Source of the DNA: Marsupella aquatica
Lineage: Eukaryota; Plantae; Marchantiophyta
Direction: 5' to 3'
DNA length: 64,000 bases
Assembly (NCBI GenBank): GCA_973895155.1
Contig: OZ316897.1
Coordinates: 19,042,068-19,106,067 of the forward strand
In this document: piece after piece, positions 1 to 13,200 of the stretch
How the letters are laid out: every line of letters begins with the position of its first letter
Position numbering within the stretch: position 1 is the first letter of the stretch
Made by a program: the position numbers and the translations under genes
Notes under the pieces: generated by a model
Told to the model about the DNA's origin: nothing
Database searches by the model: none
What the model saw: only the letters and a program-made list of their open reading frames with translations

Positions 1-1367
1 AGTGAGACCCTCAGTGCACTGACGAAGGGATTGCACTTACAAGGCTCTCTATATATCGAGACCCATGAGTGCACTAAACGAGGGATTGCAGTGACGCAGA
101 GGTCTGTGTGGAAACACGAAGTGGCTACTGGAAGGGTCCCCTTTTATGGTGCCCCTTTGTAAATCCAATGTGGGTCTCTCCCAAACAGAGAACGATGATG
201 AAGAACGAGACGAGACGAGACGATACGAAGAGGAGCGCGGGAGTAAATGCTGATGAATGCAGAGTACTTGTCTCCAGCAGGAATGATAGATCGAAGAACC
301 CCGAGAAGTTCATCAAGTTTGGTGTGGTGGATGGCGATCCAGATCTGTAATTGTCATCACCGTTTGCAAAACTTGAAGCTGCTCCAGGCAGTGTGTCTTT
401 TGGCGACGTGCTCCGTTTCTCTCGCGTCAATCATCGCTGCATATAATTGCAATGCACGATGACAATCCACAACTATTCGTCCGCTGCTGGGCCTGCTAGC
501 AAATCTGTGCCTCCGAATGGCCATGCTCGCTACATTAGGAGACGAGGCCCTCTGTGCCCTGTCATGCGCAAGGCCATCACGAGGAACCGGGGAGAGGACG
601 ACCCCATGGTGGAAAGGAGGCTAGAAACAGTGCCCTGCCAACCATTTTGTTTCGGCTGAGGGTGAGGAGGAGGATCTGCTTTCACTCGGTCAATCGGACA
701 TCTCTACAACTACAGCCGTTCCTCCCCAGTTTCCTGCATCAATCGACTTTCTGCAAGGGTAATTTCTTCCAAAGCAATGCGTAGGTTTAATTCACATCCT
801 TAGCCTTTGCAATGTGGCTGCCCAAGTACGCCGTGGACGAACCTGGGGTTTTAGAAGCTAGGCCGTGAGTACATAATCTATTATAATTATTGTGGGCCTC
901 CAGAGGGAACTTCTATATTGTAAGAACCTGTAGATTTTCCATGCTTCAGCTAATTTCAGTATGTCACCGTCAAAGCTGACATCTACTTCTTCCCCAAAAT
1001 CTCTCGGACGACTGGAAGACTGTAGAGGTTGGAAATGCTGTTGTTTTGGACTTTCATTTTAGAAGTTTTAGGGGGGCTTATCCAAAAGGACCTGCTGAAA
1101 TAAAGCACAGTGGTTTTATGCTTTCTCGTGTTTCTCTCCTTCGCAATTGGAGAGAATAAGTCACTGCTCTTCTAGTGGCGAGCAGATTTTGGTAAGAATT
1201 GTACCAACTGAGTGGATCCAATCTACTCGGAATATGTTGTCCTCGACCTCGCCCATTGTATCGTGTTCAAGAAAGAATATCTAAGTTTTTGGCAAGAATT
1301 TTGATGGCCATTCTCATATATCTGTATAATCCTGCCGTTTTGGCCAGGTTTGTAGTGAGCAGCGAAA

Positions 1368-4300
1368 ATGTCTAAAGATAAGAAAGGTGCTGGATCGAAA
1401 ATGGACGATGTTACTATGTGGAAACACATGTGGATCGAGAAGGGTCTGGACTGTGTTGTCATGGAGGATAAATGTCGCAGACTTGAATTGAGATCTATGC
1501 GCGTCGAGGATATGATTGAGACTCTCACGAGAACTTCTGATGGGAGGATTGTGGCTTTGGAGGAAATTGTGGACTATTTGAACAGGTGCGCTCTCGATTG
1601 TTATCTGAGACCTTGCAGAGATTCTTGAAAATATGCAAAGTTGACCTGAAATGCTAAATGTGGTGCACTCGTTTTGTTCATCCTGAACATGAAGTACACG
1701 TACATAAAATTAAATCAATGCAACCTTTTCAAATGTAGTCAAAGAAATTAAGCTTGGCTGACCTTCATCCTGAACATGAAGTACACATACATAAAATTAA
1801 ATCAATGCAGCCTTTTCAAACGTAATCAAAGAAATTAAGCTTGCCTGACCACCTTCCCAAATGCAAACGAAGGCTTTAGTATGCAATACACGTGAAGCTC
1901 TTATTACTATTCTTGGCTCATATACCCGTCCTCAAATTTGTGGTTAGGTCAATTCTCTCCCTTATTTTTGAAAGAGATGTTTATGAAGATACTTTCGCTT
2001 GAACTAAGCAAATCAAGCATTTCTTTGATCCATTTGTATTGCTTTGTACACTTGGAGCTCATTATATCTGTGGATATTTTCCAGTTTTGATTTCAATTTT
2101 TTCTTTTAAACTTGATTGAATTTGGCATTTCTTAGTTGACGTCCATTGCATTACTCGGAAAGTGAATTTTCCTAGGGCCGAGATAGTCAGTTTCTCAGAC
2201 CTTCACGGGTGGATACTGTCATGATTACCGTGGCAGTGGAAATGCAAATATAGAGCCTTATTGGTTTCTTTATTTAATGTTCAGTGAGGAGGCCAAAAAG
2301 GACGAACTCATAAAAAAGCTTGAAGCTCAAGTTGAGAAATTAACAAGTGACTTGGCAAAAGAAATGGAGAGGCTGAACAAGGAAATAGAGAATCTTATCA
2401 CCCACAATGAGTTCACAGTAAACAATCTAAATCTGCAGCTAGAAGCCGCAAATGTGAAGCTTCGCGAGATGCAGGATTTCGCCATGAAAAAGATGGCCAT
2501 GGAACAAGAGTTGATTGCGTATGTTCTGCCCACCAATGGAATGTTCTCTTAGAATTTAACAGGCACAATCACATTTTTAGTCACACTAGGATGGTAGCAC
2601 ATAAGAAACTCTGTACTGAAGTAAGGCAGTTGTCCAGCGTTTGATGAATAAAATGGATCACCTCAGGATGACTTAATTCCCTTTTCCTCGCTTTAGCTAG
2701 CTCTACCATATTGCAGGACAGTTGCGAACTTGGCTGCTTCTTAGATGGAATGTGATCTACGACCAGGCATTCAGTATGACAGTGGGGAGCAGGTTTAGGG
2801 AGGCCAGAATCCGTAAATACTTTTCTTGAGTTGTGATTTGAAATAACAACGTAGCGGTAGTGTTACTTGTTTCTGCTGCAGTAACTGCTGATTGAAGCTC
2901 TTTAGGATTGGATTATCCTGTCCAAATATAAATCTACTGTGTGAATGTTTCCTTCACTTTAAGTATTAGCTTTTTCAGAATCTTCACATTGACTGGTCCT
3001 CCGTTGTGGCATGTACCAGATTGAAAGAGCAATTAGCGAAAGAGCAACGAGATCATGCTGAGGCAATCAGTGATGTTGAAAGAAATGCAGTACAAGAGAG
3101 GGAAAGACTCAAGAAAGAAATACAAGTACGTGTAGAAGAAACCAAGGTCCAGATGACAAGGTTGATGGAGGAGCAGCTTCATCAAGTACATACAAACTTC
3201 TCTTATCTCTTTATTTTGATAATTCCCTGTCTCAAAACTTCTATTGTCTTCGTTTAGACATAACAGTTATGTTGCTGTGAGGCTATTAAGTGGTACTATT
3301 CGTAAATTGAAATCGATTTGAACATGCTGACTCTCCTGCCTTTCCTTTCAGAAAACAAAGAGAACGATTACAGAGAATGAGCAGCTGAAGAAAGAGGTGA
3401 CTTACCACACTCGGCAAACAGACATGCTGATGCAAAAGAATGAGAAGTTGACAGCCGAGAACACTGATCTCCACCGATCGCTAGTTCTTGCTAAGGAGGT
3501 AAGCAACATTTCGTGCTTGCTTCATCTCGATAACATCTCAGGTTAAAGGCTGTTTGAGTTGAGCGCCAGGTTAATGCCTAACGTTCAATGGTATGCGTGT
3601 AGTGCGCATATTAGGGCCAAGAAACAGCTTTGATGGCTCAAAGCCAAGTGTGTTGACAGCTGCAGCCAAACTTGCAGGCAGCCATGAGTGGAGCTATAGC
3701 ATCCCAACAGCTCCACGTCACGTCACATATTACTATTGTTGTCAGTGCTTGTGTTATAAATCGGCTATGCATATTTGTTTTGTGTTTTTTCTGGTGGAAG
3801 ATCGAGGAGGATCTTTCGCGTAGGAACCACATGTATCAGAAGACCACAAGAATTTTGGTCTACAAAATTCGAGGTATTGGCTCAAGGACCCTTGCTAATC
3901 TTCACGCAAATCTCAAAACACCCTGGAACTTGGCACCTGAACTAACTCCTTGGAATTGTTGGGCGAGTTGTTCTTTTCTTTTTCTTTTCTGCTGGCAGAA
4001 TACCAAGAGATCGCCAGAAAGGCGAAAGAGCAGGAAACGCAAGAGATCAGCGACAAAGAAGAGAAGGAAGAAAAGCAATTGGATACTATTCTTAGTATCA
4101 CCGCTCTTCCACCAGTACCGACGCATCCAGAGGTGCACCATCCTTTTTCTTTCAAGTAGCAAACCTTTCTGCTAATTCACAATTTTTCATAATTCTCGTT
4201 TGCCTGCAGCTGTCCTTTCAGTTTAATTATGCTTCATGTATACTTCTATCACCATTTTCTTTTGCATTGATTGTGCTGCAGGCAGCAAATGTGGGCACCA

Positions 4301-5953
4301 AGGAAGAAGGGCAGGCTCTAGAGCACAAAAAGCCAGGAGAAGAGGCCATGAAATTCCTTCATGCATGCTTGGAAGATCTCGAACTAGAGAGGCTAATGGC
4401 AGTCCAAACAGATCCATTTTCACCACCAGCGTACATCATCTAAACCAACGAAAGTGGATTATTGCTTTCCAGCTTAGTCCATTACTATCTTCGTAAATAA
4501 GATAGGATGGGGCCACCCCGATTACATTTTCGCAGTATTTAGAAAAGTAGGAGATGCGTGAGCTTCTGTTTCACAGAAAATGTATTCTAGGCCCTAGAAT
4601 CCAGATGTCATTGCTTCTTTGACATCCAAACAGCAGCTCAAGCTTCGTATCATGCAGTTCTGGACTTGTGGAGTCAACAGCATCTCATGAGAGCAAACGG
4701 CTCGATCAGCTCACCCTACACGAGCGACAAACATTACTCAAGTATGTCTCACATCGATGTTACTTCTGTACATACTACCGGACTTGCGCTGTTCTGTGCT
4801 GTGTTCTCGTTTATGTATTGATTCTCCAGCATTCAACCGATTACGGATCTTTTTCGAAGCAAAATTATGCATCTTTCAGGAAATGAAGTATCCATAATTT
4901 TCGAAATTTTTACCTGTACATTGCAGCGTACGGATATGGTCATGGCAATGTACTTACCTAGAGATAAACAAAGCTTGCTTCACCCTGGTGACATTTTTCC
5001 GTCGTTCGGGAGAGGGAGAGTTCAACATGATTCAATTAGGAAAGTTTGCTCTTAAGAAAGTATAAATTATAACCGCAGCTAGCGGATGATTTTTCAAGCA
5101 ATATCATCAACCATAGAACATGTAATTCAAGCGAGACGAAAGTATAAGTTGAAGATTTAGCCGGTGCTGAACATCAACCAGCGAAAACAAAGAAGCGGTT
5201 TATCCAAGGTCACAGTCCAAGGCATTTTCTGTTAACCAATTAACACAAAAGGTTCAAAACTTGGGAGGAATGCTCATTCCTTCGTGGCTCATGAGGAGAT
5301 TCTTGTGTGTGCAGAACGTTGCTCCGCACTGCTAATCAATTGCGATTTCTCACTGATGAAATGGTGGGTGGTGGTGGCGGTGGTGACATGCTCGATTATT
5401 CGAAATTTGGTCAGGCTCTCCCACCAGGTAAAATGTCCCCATTGGCCATTCGCTTTTCATCCAATTAATCGCAGAGTCGGATTTCGGTTCCCTGAAAACT
5501 AATGAGAGTATACTGACTCTTCTGCTCATGATGATACTCTCTGCAGTAACAACAGTTGCGAAGTCCAACATACGAGTGGATGATATACTGGGAATGCCAA
5601 CAGACAGCTTGCATCTGGATGATAAAGCTCGAGTCTATCAATGGAAGAAGCCAACAACGGCTGCAGTGCAGGCCGATATGGTACGATGAAGTTAGATTCT
5701 CTCCCTGGTCTTAGTTTCTATGCGTTTGCTAAATAGCAAACGCACGGGAGGAAAACTTCTCTCTGTTCTTTTAAAAGTCTTATTATAATTTCACAGGCAA
5801 GGTATGTGTGATCAGGTGCAAACAGATTATCTGAAATCAATCCATCAATGTACTTCAGGGTTATGCAACTTGACATGTTTTCTCTGCTTTACCAGACTGC
5901 CCATGCGCTACGATCAAGGAATCCCATGCTACTTTGATCGGAAGAAACAATAG
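1368..5953 (+). CDS. CFAP157: Cilia- and flagella-associated protein 157-like coiled-coil protein, 12 predicted exons, ~504 aa
   Basis: GT-AG exons chain with consistent phases: 1368-1585, 2285-2518, 3020-3185, 3352-3498, 3801-3873, 3999-4132, 4282-4430, 4658-4741, 5315-5427, 5547-5680, 5797-5801, 5896-5953 (1515 nt). The segments 'ERNAVQERERLKKE...TKRTITENEQL...IEEDLSRRN' and 'LDQLTLHERQTLL' resemble CFAP157 from memory. Confidence 0.75.
1677..1850. repeat. 87-bp tandem duplication in intron 1 of the CFAP157-like gene
   Basis: 1677-1763 and 1764-1850 (ttcatcctgaacatgaagtacac...aagcttg(g/c)ctgacc) differ by only a few substitutions. Confidence 0.9.
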
Positions 5954-8449
5954 CCCTGGAGATCGTCGCTTATCAGCGACATTGGAAGCAATTCGACGGA
6001 TAGCCAGGACTCGATGTCGAGGTTGACCGAGTTTCTTCACCTCGAATGATTTTCATGTTCGTAACAGAAAGAGAATGTACAATTTTCCTAGAATTCGGAA
6101 GTCCAGTAGAACAATGTGCGGAGTTAAATTAGCTGAAGTGTGATTCAAAGATGAATTGCATGGACCTTAGGAGCAAGAGCCTTTTTCAGAGTTTCGTACT
6201 ATAAACCTGATAAAGAACATGGCTATTGTTTCTGATCAGATGTTTCGGGAAACTCATATCGGTCCTGTGTTCTTAGAAATGGGGCTTTTATAGATTTTTA
6301 GCCATATGATGCCCATGGATATCTCTCTCCACGCCTGAGAATCCACGTTTGCTCACGAAGTCCTTGGCTCTCTGAATCTGTATGTTTAGAAGACTTTTAC
6401 GGCAGCATTAGTGGAATCGTAATTTCACAATTCTGGTTCTCTGAACACCGAAAAATAGTTGAGGCAAGCATGTTTACCTTTCAATGAATTGATCACAGCT
6501 TTGAAACTTTCCATCAATTTTTGGGTCGAAGAAACGCTCTGAACCTCTGGCTTAGACCTGGGTCAAAGCTCACGCGAAAGTTTGTTCAGCTGGGTGGACA
6601 CAAAGCAGCCTGAAACAGAAGCACATGCCCATCTCCGCCATGGGGCTGGACAAAAACTTGGTGTTTCACGCCTATTCCCCCAAAAAGGACAGCATTCCTC
6701 CTAGTAAACAATTTCTTTTTGCCTCCATTTGAATTCCATTCAAAAAGCCAGCATACAACAGGGGTGGCCCACAAAAGGGGGTGGTCACCTGGGGGGACCA
6801 CAGGTGGAAGTGCCCAAAAGAAAGGGTGGGGGGGGAGGCGGGGCGGGCACCAGGAGAGGAATCAAAACCAAGGCCGGCAGCAATTTAACTATTGCAGCAG
6901 GGAGTGGCACACTCCTGCAGACCGGCCAGTGTAGAGGGACTGGCAGGGTACCTAACAGTGGATCCGTGATGGAAGTGTAATTCTATCAGTCAACTCTGCA
7001 GGGCAGCTTCAACTCCTAGCACTTCAAGGTGGGCAGGGAGGAACAGGTGGATAATTATTTAACTCAATCCCTCGTGGGGACACTTGGAGCTCATCTGGGA
7101 AATATCCACATTTCTCTGGGTCTGTTTGCAAGGTGTATTGGCTAGTAGTCCAACCCCTTGGCCAGAAACCCTCCTCTCCCTAAAATGAATGAATCTTGGT
7201 TGTGAATATCATGCCACCACTTCTCTCTGTGCACATAGTTTAGTGGATAGCTATGGCTGAATGTGATTGTTAGCTCCTCACCTTGAGGCACTTGTAGTTC
7301 TTTTCCTTCTTGTTTCTTTCCTCTTTCTAGGTTTTTGGTGTTTCCCTTTGCTCCCTTCTTTTCAGTTTGATGTTTGTCCACTTTGGACTTCTTTTGTTTG
7401 TTCTTCATTGTACTTTGTTTGACCCCTTTTTCTCAAAATTAAATATATACTTGGTAGTGGATTTGTTTGAAGTCCAGTTTGGATTTTGTGCAATCCTTCC
7501 AGAAACTCATGGGACCTCCAAGTTTTCATATCCACATTTTAAAAAAAATGGGTTTGATGAGCCAGTGGTTTCTAGCAACACAGGACTTTGCTAGATACAG
7601 AAATCACTGAACCTATTTCCAGAACATTGTGGGCCATATTGCCCAAAACAGATGGCTTTAGCCCAAGATTTGGGGGGCTGTAATTGCCAAACTGCCCTGG
7701 TGACAAGGAGTTAATGCACTTTAGGGTGGTTTTACAAGACCTTGGAAGCAGTTAGAGTGTTTTTACCAAAGCTAATCTTTCAACCATTTAACATCCCAAA
7801 GATAGTGTACTGGGGCTAATTAAAGATAGTGTACTGCAAGGGCTAATGAAGAGTGTGGAATCATTTTATGGCCCTCCATGTCTTGTAAAGCAAACTCCAG
7901 CAAATGGTGCTAGATCGAATGATTTTCTAGAAGTTAAGTTAAGGACCCACCACACCTAAAAGTCACATAGTTCTTTGGCTAGGGCCCTTCTTGCTTGACA
8001 AGACAACATCTGATGAGGGGCATTGTGGGTCAATGTAAAAGACTTAAAATAGGAATGGACCAAGCAGCCAAATGAAGAGGCCTCCAAGAAATTTGGTCTA
8101 ACATCTAGGACCAAAATATGCTCCACATAGCAGAATTTGGGGCCCACTCCATTCCATGTAGGATTGGCAATAGGTTAGAAAGAAACTGCCCTGAACATTT
8201 TGTAAAGTGAACAACTTACAGCTGTTTCTCCCCAACGGATGACCTTGATCATATCTTGGAGACCAAAAAAAGGTTGAAAGTTCCTCCAAGGTCTTGTTAA
8301 GCCAGCCTTAAGTTATATTTGTTTAATTATGTTTCTTTCTTCACACTCCAAGACAACCCCAAATAAGTTCATGCAAGTTTTGGAGATTTACTTTCTTTAC
8401 TAAGAGACAAATAGAGGACAACTTCAAAATGCAAAAGGATTCCATAATA

Positions 8450-8637
8450 CCAGACTGGTCCAAAGGACTGAGAATACCATAGGGAAAAGGAGTGAGATAT
8501 AGTTGAACACTCTTCCAAAAAGGTTGGACAAACTTCCAAAAGCATTCTCCAATACTATTTGGGCATAGGATTCCATATAGTCTGGTCCAAACATAATCTG
8601 GATCCTTTGGTATTCTCAGTCCTTTGGACCAGACTGT
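8450..8637. repeat. MITE-like inverted repeat enclosing a dispersed 'ccaaaaaggttggacacacttcc' repeat
   Basis: cagactggtccaaaggactgagaatacca (~8451-8479) is the near-perfect reverse complement of tggtattctcagtcctttggaccagactg (~8608-8636). The internal motif recurs near 8720-8810, 27955-27990 and 50515-50650. Confidence 0.6.
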
Positions 8638-9063
8638 CCATTTTGAAGTAGAGGATCAAAAAATGCAAAACGGAGAGGGAAAGCACCCAGAATACTATAA
8701 TTATAGAATATCATTGAACACTCTCTTCCAAACAGGTTGGGTACACTTTCAAAGATGTTTGGAAATGATTGGGATCTCCGGATAGTTTGGACACACTTCC
8801 AAAGATTTGGCATATAAGATCTAAACTGCCATCCAATAGTTAAGAAAAATAATCAATTATTATGAGTCAGGATGAATATTTTATGAATAATTTACCTTAA
8901 AACAAGAATTAAGTGGTTTTGAGTGACTTGGTAATGTTGAGGAAAACTGGTCTCCAACTCCTAAAATACTGATGTCTAGGACGAGCTGCTTCCCCTAACC
9001 TTCTAATTTTTTGCCAGTCCTTAAGTTTGGAGTGTGCTGCTGCCCCCAACCTACGGTAGTTGA

Positions 9064-9554
9064 TGTTAGGAATAGACTCAAGTTCCCGACTTCTAGTTAG
9101 TTAACCTTGGGTTACAGTAGGATAAGATCTGCTTAGTTTAGGCGCACACATATCAGCCCCCTTGGGGGGTATAGATTTGATTCTTCACATGTATTTTCTC
9201 ATGAGCTATGGATTCTTCAAGAGTTTCTCCATTGTGGTGTCTTGTTGGTGTAGTGTGAGATTGATGTAAGAAACCGTTGGCTTCAGACTAGACAACAATG
9301 CAAAATATGAGAGACACTCAATCAAACCCTACACCGATAAGACACTCCGAGTGAAGAAACTTTTGAAAGATCCATAGCATATGAGAGTACATGTGGAACC
9401 TAAATAAACGGATCTTATCCTAAACTAACAAAGGGTCAACTAACCCTAGTTAGGCCAAACAAACTAGAAGTCGAAAACTGAGAGTCAATTCATAACAATT
9501 GAGTGTTCTCATGTTTTGCATTGCTGTCTAGTCCGGAGCCGACGGTTTCTTATA
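9064..9554 (+). mobile_element. Small solo-LTR-like element interrupted by an inverted copy of the same family
   Basis: Starts TGTTAGG. Segments 9064-9264 and 9503-9554 together are the reverse complement of the insert at 9265-9497. Confidence 0.65.
9265..9497 (-). mobile_element. 233-bp solo LTR with a 5-bp TSD
   Basis: TG...CA ends. ATTGA is duplicated at 9260-9264 and 9498-9502. Confidence 0.8.
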
Positions 9555-9648
9555 GTAAACGTCATGTATAGCTGCTTCCCCTGACCTCAAGTAGTTGGAC
9601 GTCATGTTTAGCTGTCTCCTTGCTTATGCCTCACTCCTATCTTGGTGT

Positions 9649-10033
9649 TGTTGAGCATAGACGACGATCGCAACGGCAAGCCCATGAACCATCCAACGCA
9701 CAATAGTCGACACAAGAGATACGTGGTTCACCTCCTTGAGGCTACGTCCACGGGAACACACAAGAGAGCTTTACTGAACTCTAAGCCCGTCGGCTATACC
9801 GAGTCTCCACAGTGTAAGCTCTCCCTATCTCTCAAGTGGCTCCATAACAATGAGCCTTGGTTCTACCTCTCCAAGCACACATGCCTCTTATGATATAGTG
9901 TGCAACTTAGTTGTACCTAACCACATAGTTGTACCTAATCACGTAGTTGTACCTAACCACGTAGTTGTACCAACCCACGTTGTTGTACCAACCACGTCAT
10001 ACCTAACCTAGACGTAAGAGTAAATACCCAACA
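9649..10033 (-). repeat. 3' LTR of the copia element, containing ~5 tandem 18-bp units (tagttgtacctaaccacg)
   Basis: Direct repeat of 15232-15616, adjacent to the PPT. Confidence 0.95.
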
Positions 10034-10049
10034 ATCTTCCCCTTGACTC
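10034..10049 (-). promoter_or_regulatory. Polypurine tract of the copia element
   Basis: Minus strand reads GAGTCAAGGGGAAGAT immediately before the 3' LTR. Confidence 0.85.
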
Positions 10050-10224
10050 TGGTCTAGGGGAGAGTAATACTGCCAATGTATATGATCCCTCAGCGGGAAG
10101 TTCTGGACAGAAACCAAACCAGTTTCCCTCTCTAACTAGAGCAAACCAGAACTAAGCCGTAGCCTAATACATAGGAATGAGGAAGAGCATATATCAGTAA
10201 TTACAATGAATGTTTAAGAAAACT

Positions 10225-13200
10225 CTACTTGTGATGCAATTGCAAAACCTGCAATACATCACGGTGTCTAGAGAAACTCTCCAAAGGAATCACTTTGGTA
10301 AATGCGTCAGCCGGGTTGAGTTTACCATCAATCTTGACTAGCTCAAACAAATTATCAGACACAGCCTGCCTGATAAAATGGTACCTGACGTCAATGTGCT
10401 TCACTCTGCTGTCCATCACCTGGTTCACAGCAAGGTGGAGCGCACTTTGACTATCACAATGGAGCTTCACATTCCCCTGTGGCAATCCCATTTCAGTGAT
10501 AAGTCTATCCAACCAAATCGCTTCCTTTGCTGCTTCCGCAGCTGCAACATACTCCGCTTCTGTAGTAGACTGAGCAATACACTTCTGCAAAGTAGACCTC
10601 CAACTTATGCATCCACCGCCAAGTGTGAACACGTATCCTGTTGTTGATCTCCTTCGGTCCAAATCTTGTCCATAGTCAGAATCTACATAGCCAATCAATG
10701 ATCTAGCATTCTTTGCATTCACATCAAATAAAAGACCATGATCCACGGTACCCTTCAAGTACCTAATCATCCACTTCACTACTTCCCAGTGTACCTTCCC
10801 TGGATTCGACATGTACCTGCTCACCTTGCCCATAGCCATGGCAAGATCAGGTCTAGTGCAAGTCATCAAATACATGAGACTCCCCACTGCCTTGTCATAC
10901 GGAACCTTTGACATCAACCCCTTCTCTGTGTCATCCGTAGGACAGAACGTTGATGATAACTTGAAGTGTGGAGCCAACGGGGTACTTACTGGCTTGCTAT
11001 TCTCCATGTTGAACCTTGCAATTACCTTCCTCGCATAACTGCTCTGCGTCAACCATAGCTTGCCAGCCTCCAAGTCCCTAGTGATCTCCATACCCAAAAT
11101 CCTCTTAGCTGGCCCTAAGTCCTTCATCTTAAACTCTGCACTAAGCAGTGCCTTGAGCTTAACAATCTCAGACCTATCCTTGGCTGCAATTAGCATGTCA
11201 TCCACATAAAGTACTAAAACAATGAACCCAAAGACAACATTCTTCACCGGTTTCAAATACACACAAGGGTCAAATACACTTCTGTGAAAACCTTGTGACC
11301 GAATCCAATCGTCAAACCGCTTGTTCCACTGTCTTGGTGACTGCTTCAACCCATACAAGGATTTCAGCAATCTGCAAACCAATTCCTCCTGTCCTATCTT
11401 CACAAAACCTAGCGGTTGTCTCATGAAGATCACCTCTTCCAATGTGCCATAGAGGAAAGCTGTGACAACATCCATCTGATCTAGGAGCAGACCAAACATT
11501 ACAACAAGTACACACAATAGTCGTATTGTAGAGTACTTAGCAACTGGTGAGAAGACCTCATTGTAATCCACACCTTTCTCTTGTGTGAATCCCTTTGCTA
11601 CCAATCTAGCCTTGTAGACCTTCGATCCACCTCCTATGGAATTATCCTTCAGCTTGTAAATCCACTTGCTGTCCACCACTTGCTGACCCTTAGGCAGCTT
11701 AACAAGCTCCCAAGTTTTGTTGTCCTTTAGTGACTGCATCTCCGTTTGCATTGCTGCAGTCCACTTCTGCTTCTCTTTTGAAGCACTTGCCTCATGAAAT
11801 GAAGAAGGTTCTCCTTCTTCCAAAATTAACGCATCACCCTCATCATCAGCTGTAAAATCATCCTCTTGCAGTTGAGATGAATCAACCCACTGTCCATACC
11901 TTGATGGAGCGCGTACAGTGCGACCAGATGTTCTTCTAGCCGATGACTCCGGTTGATCTGCGTGTGCTGGTACAATTTGAAGCTCAACAGCATCCACTTG
12001 TTGCTCACCAGCATCAACAAACTCCTCTGGTTCCTCTGGCACAGGAACCAGCTCCATAATTGGAGCAACTCCTTCTCTCCGGTCATGCACCTCATAACCA
12101 ATCTCCCCCTCAACGAGATCCGGGATAGGAGATTTTCCTTTGTAAGTACGGGAGACCTGAGTATTCTCCCCCTCCTTCAATAATCTGGATTCATTGAAGG
12201 AAACATCCCTACTGACAACGAGCTTACAGGCAATAGGATCCCATAGCCTATAGGCTTTCACACCACTCTGGTACCCAAGAAAAACACATTTCCTGGAGGT
12301 AGGATCCAACTTGGTCCTATTCTGCTTTGGTGTGAGAGCATATGCATCACTTCCAAAAATTATCAAGCCATGATAGTCTGCTTGCCGCTTATAGCGCATC
12401 TCAAACGGTGTTTTGAAATTGATAGCACTAGAAGGAGAAAGATTTACCAAATAAGCTACGGTATTGACAGCTTCTGCCCAAAATTCTTGTGGTAAACCTG
12501 ATTGGCTCAACATACTCCGTGACCGCTCCAACAGTGTCCGATTGAGCCTCTCAGCGACACCATTCTGCTGCGGAGTATAAACTGTGGTGAGATGGCGAGT
12601 TATCCCCTGTTCTGAACAGTACTCTTCAAATTCCATTGAAGTGTACTCCCCGCCGTTGTCTGACCTCAGACTCTTCACCCTTGTATCCAAACACTTGATC
12701 GTGTTTCCAGTCTGATTCTCCACCTGGGCCTTCCACTTCTTAAAAATGGACAAGATATCAGACTTATGCGTCATGAAATAAATCCACACAAATCTTGAGT
12801 AATCATCAATAAATGATACATAGTACAACTTTCCAGAGTGTGAGGGAGTCGGGGATGGACCCCACACGTCACTATGTATGTACTCAAGAACCGCTTTGGA
12901 ACGATGAGTTCCAACACCAAAAGCACGACGATGCTGCTTTCCAAGAATGCAATGCTCACAAAACTCTAATTTACAAGATTGCAAATCAGAAATGAGTCCA
13001 TTCTTCCGTAAGATAGCCAAACCCTTCTCACTCATGTGGCCTAGCCGTGAATGCCACAGTTGAGTCATCTCCTCGTGAGACTTGGTTACATTGGCCTCTC
13101 CACATACAGTATTGCCCTGTAACACATACAAATTCTTTTGTCTACTCCCCTTCAAAATCACTGTCTCTCCCGACCTGACTTGAAGTTCACCATCAATAAC

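Noticed and set aside
4-90. Two ~32-bp imperfect direct repeats (gagaccc..agtgcact...agggattgca)
   Set aside because: Only two degenerate units at the window edge. Not a CRISPR array, and no function can be inferred.
108-784. Short ORFs on both strands upstream of the CFAP157-like gene
   Set aside because: No recognisable motifs. Probably UTR/promoter sequence or the start of a gene outside the window.
4830-5055. Possible terminal exon of the CFAP157-like gene
   Set aside because: The chain through 5315-5427 and 5547-5680 fits splice phases and protein continuity better.
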